This document shows positions 1-11,016 of a DNA stretch of 64,000 nt, in pieces. This DNA comes from Eledone cirrhosa (Eukaryota). The notes below the pieces were generated by a model. That model had not been told where the DNA came from. It made no database searches and was given only the letters and a program-made list of their open reading frames with translations. Positions within the stretch are counted from its first letter, which is position 1, and each line of letters starts with the position of its first letter. Made by a program: the position numbers and the translations under genes. Location of the stretch: assembly GCA_964016885.1 (NCBI GenBank), contig CAXHJY010001477.1:744001-808000 (forward strand), written 5' to 3'.

Positions 1-3000
1 TGCTATTGAAGTTGAGGAAGAGACACTACCTCCAACTTAGATGAGAGAAGGACCTGCTATTGAAGGTGAGGAAAAGACACTACCTCCAACTTAGATGATA
101 GAAGGACCTGCTATTGAAGTTGAGAAAGAGACACTACCTCTAACTTAGATGACAGAAGGACCTGCTATTGTAGTTGAGGAAGAGACACTACTTCCAACTT
201 AGATGACAGAAGGACCTGCTATTGAAGGTGAGGAAGAGACACTACCTCTAACTTAGATGACAGAAGGACCTGCTATTGAAGTTGAGGAAGAGACACTACC
301 TCCAACTTAGATGACAGAAGGACCTGCTATTGAAGTTGAGGAAGAGACACTACCTCCAACTTAGATGACAGAAGGACCTGCTATTGAACTTGAGGAAGAG
401 ACACTACCCCCAACTTAGATGACAGAAGGACTATTGAACTTAAGGAAGAGACACTACCTCCAACTTAGATTACAGAAGGACCTTCTATTGAAGTTGAGGA
501 AGAGACACTACCTCCAACTTAGATTACAGAAGGACCTGCTATTGTAGATGAGGAAGAGACACTACCTCCAACTTAGATGACAGAAGGACCTGCTATTGAA
601 GTTGAGGAAGAGACACTACCTCCAACTTAGATGACAGAAGGACCTGCTATTGAACTTGAGGAAGAGACACTACCCCCAACTTAGAGGACAGAAGGACTAT
701 TGAACTTAAGGAAGAGACACTACCTCCAACTTAGTTTACAGAAGGACCTTCTATCGAAGTTGAGGAAGAGACACTACCTCCAACTTAGATGACAGAAGGA
801 CCTGCTATTGAAGTTGAGGAAGAGACACTACCTCCAACTTAGATGACAGAAGGACCTGCTATTGAAGTTGAGAAAGAGACACTACCTCCAACTTAGATGA
901 CAGAAGGACTATTGAAGTTGAGAAAGAGACACTACCTCCAACTTAGATGACAGAAGGACTATTGAAGGTGAGGAAGAGACACTGCCTCCAACTTAGATCA
1001 CAGAAGGACCTGCTATTGAAGGTGAGGAAGAGACACTACCTCCAGCTTAGATGATAGAAGGACCTGCTATTGAAGTTGAGAAAGAGACAGTACCTCTAAC
1101 TTAGATGACAGAAGGACCTGCTATTGTAGTTGAGGAAGAGACACTACCTCCAACTTAGATGACAGAAGGACCTGCTATTGAAGGTGAGGAAGAGACACTA
1201 CCTCTAACTTAGATGACAGAAGGACCTGCTATTGAAGTTGAGGAAGAGACACTACCTCAAACTTAGATGACAGAAGGACCTGCTATTGAAGTTGAGGAAG
1301 AGACACTACCTACAACTTAGATGACAGAAGGACCTGCTATTGAAGTTGAGGAAGAGACACTACCTCTAACTTAGATGACAGAAGGACCTGCTATTGAAGT
1401 TGAGGAAGAGACACTACCTCCAACTTAGATGACAGAAGGACCTGCTATTGTAGTTGTGGAAGAGACACTACCTCCAACTTAGATGACAGAAGGACTATTG
1501 AAGTTGAGGAAGAGACACTACCTCCAACTTAGATGACAGAAGGACCTGCTATTGTAGTTGAGGAAGAGACACTACCTCCAACTTAGATGACAGAAGGACC
1601 TGCTATTGTAGTTGAGGAAGAGACACTACCTCCAACTTAGATGACAGAAGGACCTGCTATTGAAGTTGAGGAAGAGACACTACCTCCAACTTAGATGACA
1701 GAAGGACCTGCTATTGTAGTTGAGGAAGAGACACTACCTCCAACTTAGATGACAGAAGGAGCTGCTATTGTAGTTGAGGAAGAGAGACTACCTCCAACTT
1801 AGATGACAGAAGGACCTGCTATCGTAGTTGAGGAAGAGACACTACTTCTAACTTAGATGACAGAAGGACCTGCTATTGTAGTTGAGGAAGAGACACTACT
1901 TCTAACTTAGATGACAGAAGGACCTGCTATTGTAGTTGAGGAAGAGACACTACCTCCAACTTAGATGACAGAAGGACCTGTTATTGAAGTTGAGGAAGAG
2001 ACACTACCTCCAACTTAGATGACAGAAGGAGCTGCTATTGAAGTTGAGGAAGAGACACTACCTCCAACTCAGATGACAGAAGGACCTGCTATTGAAGTTG
2101 AGGAAGAGACACTACCTCCAACTTAGATGACAGAAGGACGTGCTATTGTAGTTGAGGAAGAGACACTACCTCCAACTTAGATGACAGAAGGACGTGCTAT
2201 TGTAGTTGAGGAAGAGACACTACCTCCAACTTAGATGACAGAAGGACCTGCTATTGTAGTTGAGGAAGAGACACTACCTCCAACTTAGATGACAGAAGGA
2301 CCTGCTATTGAAGGTGAGGAAGAGACACTACCTCCAACTTAGATGACAGAAGAACCTGCTATTGTAGTTGAGGAAGAGACACTACCTCCAACTTAGATGA
2401 CAGAAGGACCTGCTATTGAAGTTGAGGAAGAGAGACTACCTCTAACTTAGATGACAGAAGGACCTGCTATTGAAGTTGAGGAAGAGACACTACCTCCAAC
2501 TTAGATGACAGAAGGACTATTGTAGTTGAGGAAGAGACACTACCTCCAACTTAGATGACAGAAGGAGCTGCTATTGTAGTTGCGGAAGAGACACTACCTC
2601 CAACTTAGATGGCAGAAGGACCTGCTATTGAAGTTGAGGAAGAGAGACTAACTCTAACTTAGATGACAGAAGGACCTGCTATTGAAGTTGAGGAAGAGAC
2701 ACTACCTCTAACTTAGATGACAGAAGGACCTGCTATTGAAGTTGAGGAAGAGACACTACCTCCAACTTAGATGACCGAAGGACCTGCTATTGTAGTTGAG
2801 GAAGAGACACTACCTCCAACTTAGATGACAGAAGGACGTGCTATTGTAGTTGAGGAAGAGACACTACCTCCAACTTAGATGACAGAAGGACGTGCTATTG
2901 TAGTTGAGGAAGAGACACTACCTCCAACTTAGATGACAGAAGGACTATTGTAGTTGAGGAAGAGACACTACCTCCAACTTAGATGACAGAAGGACCTGCT

Positions 3001-6000
3001 ATTGAAGGTGAGGAAGAGACACTACCTCCAACTTAGATGACAGAAGGACCTACTATTGAAGGTGAGGAAGAGACACTACCTCCAACTCAGATGACAGAAG
3101 GACCTGCTATTGAAGGTGAGGAAGAGACACTACCTCCAACTTAGATGACAGAAGGACCTGCTATTGTAGTTGAGGAAGAGACACTACCTCCAACTTAGAT
3201 GACAGAAGGACCTGCTATTGAAGGTGAGGAAGAGACACTACCTCCAACTTAGATGACAGAAAGACCTGCTATTGAAGTTGAGGAAGAGAAACTACCTCCA
3301 ACTTAGATGACAGAAGGACCTGCTATTGTAGGTGAGGAAGAGACACTACCTCCAACTTAGATGACAGAAGGACCTACTATTGAAGGTGAGGAAGAGACAC
3401 TACCTCCAACTCAGATGACAGAAGGACCTGCTATTGAAGGTGAGGAAGAGACACTACCTCCAACTCAGATGACAGAAGGACCTGCTATTGAAGGTGAGGA
3501 AGAGACACTACCTCCAACTCAGATGACAGAAGGACCTACTATTGAAGGTGAGGAAGAGACACTACATCCAACTCAGATGACAGAAGGACCTGCTATTGAA
3601 GGTGAGGAAGAGACACTACCTCCAACTTAGATGACAGAAGGACCTGCTATTGTAGTTGAGGAAGAGACACTACCTCCAACTTAGATGACAGAAGGACCTG
3701 CTATTGAAGGTGAGGAAGAGACACTACCTCCAACTTAGATGACAGAAAGACCTGCTATTGAAGTTGAGGAAGAGAAACTACCTCCAACTTAGATGACAGA
3801 AGGACCTGCTATTGTAGGTGAGGAAGAGACACTACCTCCAACTTAGATGACAGAAGGACCTGCTATTGTAGGTGAGGAAGAGACACTACCTACAACTTAG
3901 ATGACAGAAGTACCTGCTATTGTAGTTGAGGAAGAGACACTACCTCCAACTTAGATGACAGAAGGACCTGCTATTGTAGTTGAGGATGAGACACTACCTC
4001 CAACCTAGATGACAGAAGGACCTGCTATTGTAGTTGAGGAAGAGACACTACCTCCAACTTAGATGACAGAAGGACCTGCTATTGTAGATGAGGAAGAGAC
4101 ACTACCTCCAACTTAGATGACAGAAGGACCTGCTATTGAAGTTGAGGAAGAGACACTACCTCTAACTTAGATGACAGAAGGACCTGCTATTGAAGTTGAG
4201 GAAGAGACACTACCTCCAACTTAGATGACAGAAGGACCTGCTATTGTAGTTGAGGAAGAGACACTACCTCCAACTTAGATGACAGAAGGACCTGCTATTG
4301 AAGTTGAGGAAGAGACACTACCTCCAACTTAGATGACAGAAGGACCTGCTATTGAAGTTGAGGAAGAGACACTACCTCCAACTTAGATGACAGAAGGACC
4401 TGCTATTGAAGTTGAGGAAGAGACACTACCTCCAACTTAGATGACAGAAGGACCTGCTATTGTAGTTGAGGAAGAGACACTACCTCCAACTTAGATGACA
4501 GAAGGACCTGCTATTGAAGTTGAGAAAGAGACACTACTTCCAACTTAGATGACAGAAGGACCTGCTATTGAAGTTGAGGAAGAGACACTACCTCCAACTT
4601 AGATGACAGAAGGACCTGCTATTGAAGTTGAGGAAGAGACACTACCTCCAACTTAGATGACAGAAGGACTATTGAAGTTGAGGAAGAGACACTACCTCCA
4701 ACTTAGATGACAGAAGGACCTGCTATTGAAGTTGAGGAAGAGACACTACCTCCAACTTAGATGACAGAAGGACCTGCTATTGAAGTTGAGGAAGAGACAC
4801 TACCTCCAACTTAGATGACAGAAGGACCTGCTATTGAAGTTGAGGAAGAGACACTACCTACAACTTAGATGACAGCAGGACCTGCTATTGTAGTTGAGGA
4901 AGAGACACTACCTCCAACTTAGATGACAGAAGGACCTGCTATTGAAGTTGAGGAAGAGACACTACCTCCAACTCAGATGACGGAAGGACCTGCTATTGAA
5001 GTTGAGGAAGAGACACTACCTCCAACTTAGATGACATAAGGACCTGCTATTGTAGTTGAGGAAGAGACACTACCTCCAACTTAGATGACAGAAGGACCTG
5101 CTATTGTAGTTGAGGAAGAGACACTACCTCCAACTTAGATGACAGAAGGACTATTGAAGTTGAGGAAGAGACACTACCTCCACCTTAGATGACAGAAGGA
5201 CCTGCTATTGTAGTTGAGGAAGAGACACTACCTCCAACTTAGATGACAGAAGGACCTGCTATTGTAGTTGAGGAAGAGACACTACCTGTAGCTTAGATGA
5301 CAGAAGGACCTGTTATTGAAGTTGAGGAAGAGACACTACCTCCCACTTAGATGACAGAAGGACCTGCTATTGTAGTTGAGGAAGAGACACTACCTCCAAC
5401 TTAGATGACAGAAGGACTATTGAACTTAAGGAAGAGACACTACCTCCAACTTAGATGACAGAAGGACCTGCTATTGTAGTTGAGGAAGAGACACTACCTC
5501 CAACTTAGATGACAGAAGGACGTGCTATTGTAGTTGAGGAAGAGACACTACCTCCAACTTAGATGACAGAAGGACCTGTTATTGTAGTTGAGGAAGAGAG
5601 ACTACCTCCAACTTAGATGACAGAAGGACCTGCTATTGTAGTTGAGGAAGAGACACTACCTCCAACTTAGATGACAGAAGGACGTGCTATTGTAGTTGAG
5701 GAAGAGACACTACCTCCAACTTAGATGACAGAAGGACCTGCTATTGTAGTTGAGGAAGAGACACTACCTCCAACTTAGATGACAGAAGGACCTGCTATTG
5801 AAGTTGAGGAAGAGACACTGTCTCTAACTTAGATGACAGAAGGACCTGCTATTGAAGTTGAGGAAGAGACACTACCTCCAACTTAGATGACCGAAGGACC
5901 TGCTATTGTAGTTGAGGAAGAGACACTACCTCCAACTTAGATGACAGAAGGACGTGCTATTGTAGTTGAGGAAGAGACACTACCTCCAACTTAGATGACA

Positions 6001-9000
6001 GAAGGACGTGCTATTGTAGGTGAGGAAGAGACACTACCTCCAACTTAGATGACAGAAGGACTATTGTAGTTGAGGAAGAGACACTACCTCCAACTTAGAT
6101 GACAGAAGGACCTACTATTGAAGGTGAGGAAGAGACACTACCTCCAACTCAGATGACAGAAGGACCTGCTATTGAAGGTGAGGAAGAGACACTACCTCCA
6201 ACTTAGATGACAGAAGGACCTGCTATTGTAGTTGAGGAAGAGACACTACCTCCAACTTAGATGACAGAAGGACCTGCTATTGAAGGTGAGGAAGAGACAC
6301 TACCTCCAACTTAGATGACAGAAAGACCTGCTATTGAAGTTGAGGAAGAGAAACTACCTCCAACTTAGATGACAGAAGGACCTGCTATTGTATGTGAGGA
6401 AGAGACACTACCTCCAACTTAGATGACAGAAGGACCTGCTATTGTAGGTGAGGAAGAGACACTACCTACAACTTAGATGACAGAAGTACCTGCTATTGTA
6501 GTTGAGGAAGAGACACTACCTCCAACTTAGATGACAGAAGGACCTGCTATTGTAGTTGAGGATGAGACACTACCTCCAACCTAGATGACAGAAGGACCTG
6601 CTATTGTAGTTGAGGAAGAGACACTACCTCCAACTTAGATGACAGAAGGACCTGCTATTGTAGATGAGGAAGAGACACTACCTCCAACTTAGATGACAGA
6701 AGGACCTGCTATTGAAGTTGAGGAAGAGACACTACCTCTAACTTAGATGACAGAAGGACCTGCTATTGAAGTTGAGGAAGAGACACTACCTCCAACTTAG
6801 ATGACAGAAGGACCTGCTATTGTAGTTGAGGAAGAGACACTACCTCCAACTTAGATGACAGAAGGACCTGCTATTGAAGTTGAGGAAGAGACACTACCTC
6901 CAACTTAGATGACAGAAGGACCTGCTATTGAAGTTGAGGAAGAGACACTACCTCCAACTTAGATGACAGAAGGACCTGCTATTGAAGTTGAGGAAGAGAC
7001 ACTACCTCCAACTTAGATGACAGAAGGACCTGCTATTGTAGTTGAGGAAGAGACACTACCTCCAACTTAGATGACAGAAGGACCTGCTATTGAAGTTGAG
7101 AAAGAGACACTACTTCCAACTTAGATGACAGAAGGACCTGCTATTGAAGTTGAGGAAGAGACACTACCTCCAACTTAGATGACAGAAGGACCTGCTATTG
7201 AAGTTGAGGAAGAGACACTACCTCCAACTTAGATGACAGAAGGACTATTGAAGTTGAGGAAGAGACACTACCTCCAACTTAGATGACAGAAGGACCTGCT
7301 ATTGAAGTTGAGGAAGAGACACTACCTCCAACTTAGATGACAGAAGGACCTGCTATTGAAGTTGAGGAAGAGACACTACCTCCAACTTAGATGACAGAAG
7401 GACCTGCTATTGAAGTTGAGGAAGAGACACTACCTACAACTTAGATGACAGCAGGACCTGCTATTGTAGTTGAGGAAGAGACACTACCTCCAACTTAGAT
7501 GACAGAAGGACCTGCTATTGAAGTTGAGGAAGAGACACTACCTCCAACTCAGATGACGGAAGGACCTGCTATTGAAGTTGAGGAAGAGACACTACCTCCA
7601 ACTTAGATGACATAAGGACCTGCTATTGTAGTTGAGGAAGAGACACTACCTCCAACTTAGATGACAGAAGGACCTGCTATTGTAGTTGAGGAAGAGACAC
7701 TACCTCCAACTTAGATGACAGAAGGACTATTGAAGTTGAGGAAGAGACACTACCTCCACCTTAGATGACAGAAGGACCTGCTATTGTAGTTGAGGAAGAG
7801 ACACTACCTCGAACTTAGATGACAGAAGGACTATTGAAGTTGAGGAAGAGACACTACCTCCAACTTAGGTGACAGAAGGACCTGCTATTGAACTTAAGGA
7901 AGAGACACTACCTCCAACTTAGATGACAGAAGGACCTGCTATTGAAGTTGAGGAAGAGACACTACCTCCAACTTAGATGACAGAAGGACGTGATATTGTA
8001 GTTGAGGAAGAGACACTACCTCCAACTTAGATGACAGAAGGACCTGTTATTGTAGTTGAGGAAGAGACACTACCTCCAACTTAGATGACAGAAGGACCTG
8101 CTATTGAAGTTGAGGAAGAGACACTACCTCCAACTTAGATGACAGAAGGACCTGCTATTGAAGTTGAGGAAGAGACACTACCTCCAACTTAGATGACAGA
8201 AGGACCTGTTATTGTAGTTGAGGAAGAGACACTACCTCCAACTTAGATGACAGAAGGACCTGCTATTGAAGTTGAGGAAGAGACACTACCTCCAACTTAG
8301 ATGACAGAAGGACCTGCTATTGAAGTTGAGGAAGAGACACTACCTCCAACTTAGATGACAGAAGGACCTGCTATTGAAGTTGAGGAAGAGACACTACCTC
8401 CAACTTAGATGACAGAAGGACCTGCTATTGAAGTTGAGGAAGAGACACTACCTCCAACTTAGATGACAGAAGGACCTGCTATTGAAGTTGAGGAAGAGAC
8501 ACTACCTCCAACTTAGATGACAGAAGGACCTGTTATTGTAGTTGAGGAAGAGACACTACCTCCAACTTAGATGACAGAAGGACCTGCTATTGTAGTTGAG
8601 GAAGAGACACTACCTGTAGCTTAGATGACAGAAGGACCTGTTATTGAAGTTGAGGAAGAGACACTACCTCCCACTTAGATGACAGAAGGACCTGCTATTG
8701 TAGTTGAGGAAGAGACACTACCTCCAACTTAGATGACAGAAGGACTATTGAACTTAAGGAAGAGACACTACCTCCAACTTAGATGACAGAAGGACCTGCT
8801 ATTGTAGTTGAGGAAGAGACACTACCTCCAACTTAGATGACAGAAGGACGTGCTATTGTAGTTGAGGAAGAGACACTACCTCCAACTTAGATGACAGAAG
8901 GACCTGTTATTGTAGTTGAGGAAGAGAGACTACCTCCAACTTAGATGACAGAAGGACCTGCTATTGTAGTTGAGGAAGAGACACTACCTCCAACTTAGAT

Positions 9001-10150
9001 GACAGAAGGACGTGCTATTGTAGTTGAGGAAGAGACACTACCTCCAACTTAGATGACAGTAGGACCTGCTATTGTAGTTGAGGAAGAGACACTACCTCCA
9101 ACTTAGATGACAGAAGGACCTGCTATTGAAGTTGAGGAAGAGACACTGTCTCTAACTTAGATGACAGAAGGACCTGCTATTGAAGTTGAGGAAGAGACAC
9201 TACCTCCAACTTAGATGACAGAAGGACCTGCTATTGAAGTTGAGGAAGAGACACTACCTCCAACTTAGATGACAGAAGGACCTGCTATTGTAGTTGAGAA
9301 AGAGACACTACCTCCAACTTAGATGACAGAAGGACCTGCTATTGTAGTTGAGGAAGAGACACTACCTCCAACTTAGATGACAGAAGGACCTGCTATTAAA
9401 GTTGAGGAAGAGACACTGTCTCTAACTTAGATGACAGAAGGACCTGCTATTGAAGTTGAGGAAGAGACACTACCTCCAACTTAGATGACAGAAGGACCTG
9501 CTATTGAAGTTGAGGAAGAGACACTACCTCCAACTTAGATGACAGAATGACCTGCTATTGTAGTTGAGGAAGAGACACTACCTCCAACTTAGATGACAGA
9601 AGGACCTGCTATTGTAGTTGAGCAAGAGGTACTACCTCCAACTTAGATGACAGATGGACTATTGTAGTTGAGGAAGAGACACTACCTCCAACTTAGAAGA
9701 CAGAAGGACCTTTTATTGAAGGTGAGGAAGAGACACTACCTCCAACTTAGATGACAGAAGGACTATTGAAGGTGAGGAAGAGACACTACCTCCAACTTAG
9801 ATGACAGAAGGACCTTTTATAAGGTGAGGAAGAGACACTACCTCCAACTTAGATGACAGAAGGACCTGCTATTGAAGTTGAGGAAGAGACACTACCTCCA
9901 ACTTAGATGACAGAAGGACCTGCTATTGAAGTTGAGGAAGAGACACTACCGCTAACTTAGATGACAGAAGGACCTGCTGTTGAAGTTGAGGAAGAGACAC
10001 TACCTCCAACTTAGATGACAGAAGGACCTGCTATTGAAGTTGAGGAAGAGACACTACCTCCAACTTAGATGACAGAAGGATCTGCTATTGAAGGTGAGGA
10101 AGAGACACTACCTCCAACTTAAATGAAAGAAGAACCAGCTATTGAAGTTG
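1..10150 (+). repeat. 54-bp tandem satellite (Sat-A), ~188 monomers; continues beyond the left edge of the window
   Basis: Consensus ATGACAGAAGGACCTGCTATTG(A/T)AG(T/G)TGAGGAAGAGACACTACCTCCAACTTAG repeated head-to-tail. A recurrent 50-bp variant has a 4-bp deletion (GGACTATTG). The last, diverged partial unit ATGAAAGAAGAACCAGCTATTGAAGTTG is at 10123-10150. Confidence 0.98.
3630..7800 (+). repeat. Higher-order duplication within Sat-A, offset 2576 bp (48 monomers, four of them the 50-bp type)
   Basis: Rare variants recur at the same offset: GAAGTACC 3907/6483, GACAGCAGGA 4871/7447, ACATAAG 5034/7610. Boundaries are approximate. Confidence 0.85.
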
Positions 10151-11016
10151 ATAGTTATAAACTCAAAGAAGCAATCAAGGAGATGAAGTATGGTAAAGCT
10201 GCATGACCATCAGAGATAATTGCTAAGATGCTAAAAGCATCAGATGTAGTAGTGAAACTATTAATCACAATAGTCAATTAGGAAATACAGGTTGGAGTCA
10301 TATCCAATGACTGATGTAACAGTACAATCATATATTGCTGCAAAGCCAAAGCTGATGTCATACAAAGGAGCAACTATAAAGGAATAAAAGTGAGAGTATG
10401 AAGTGAGTTTAGGGAGGAATTCAAGATAGATGTAGGAGTTCATCGAAGTTCAGTTCTTAGCTCACTGCTGTTCATCATAGTTTTCTAGGCTATAACAGAG
10501 GAGTTTAAGACTGGCTGGCCATGGGAACTTCTCTATATGGATGATCTGGTCCTTATAGTTGAATCTTATAAAAGACCTAGAAAATAAGTTCTGACTATGG
10601 AAACAGAATTTGGAATCAAATGATCTGAAAGTAAACTTAGTCAAAACTAAACTTCAGTAAGTAGGAAAGAAGATAGGACCTTAATTCTCTCAGGGAAGTG
10701 GCCCAGCTCAATATGTAGAAAGGGAGTAGGTATAAACTCTATACAATGTACACAATGTTAATCTTGGGGACACAAGAGATGTAGACTAAAAGAAATGTAA
10801 AACTTTGTATGTAGAAGACGCACAAGAATAATCAAGAGGAAGAGTGCCAATAATATAAACCTTTTCCAATCACAGGAAGACCCCATAGAAATGGTTGATA
10901 GCTTCTGCTATCTAGGAGACATAATTAGCAGAGGAGTAGACTGCTGTGAGAATATTATAGTTAAAATAAGGATAGGACGGAAGAAGTTTAGAGAACTACT
11001 TCCACTGTTGACAACA
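10123..11016 (+). mobile_element. Decayed RTE-clade non-LTR retrotransposon (LINE) ORF2 fragment, reverse transcriptase region, pseudogenised
   Basis: Manual translation from 10123: MKEEPAIEVDSYKLKEAIKEMKYGKAA*PSEIIAKMLKAS...GVISND*CNSTIIYCCKAKADVIQRSNYKGIK|VRV*SEFREEFKIDVGVHRSSVLSSLLFIIVF*AITEEFKTGWPWELLYMDDLVLIVES...LKVNLVKTK...VDSFCYLGDIIS...KKFRELLPLLTT. This matches LINE RT motifs (GKAxGP, NYRGI, GVxQGSxLSPLLF, YADD here YMDD at 10534-10545, KTK, FxYLG). There are multiple stops and two compensating frameshifts (~10567, ~10654). Confidence 0.93.

Noticed and set aside
1-10150. Hammerhead ribozyme in the satellite monomer (as in newt or schistosome satellites)
   Set aside because: No CTGANGA plus GAAA core on either strand of the Sat-A, Sat-B or Sat-C consensus; TAGATGA is only a partial resemblance.
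10534-10545. YMDD catalytic motif suggesting a retroviral or hepadnaviral RT
   Set aside because: The flanking motifs are clearly non-LTR/RTE. It is most likely mutational decay of YADD in a dead copy.
10261-10644. Minus-strand 60-aa ORFs 10261..10443 and 10462..10644
   Set aside because: Antisense shadows of the + strand RT pseudogene.
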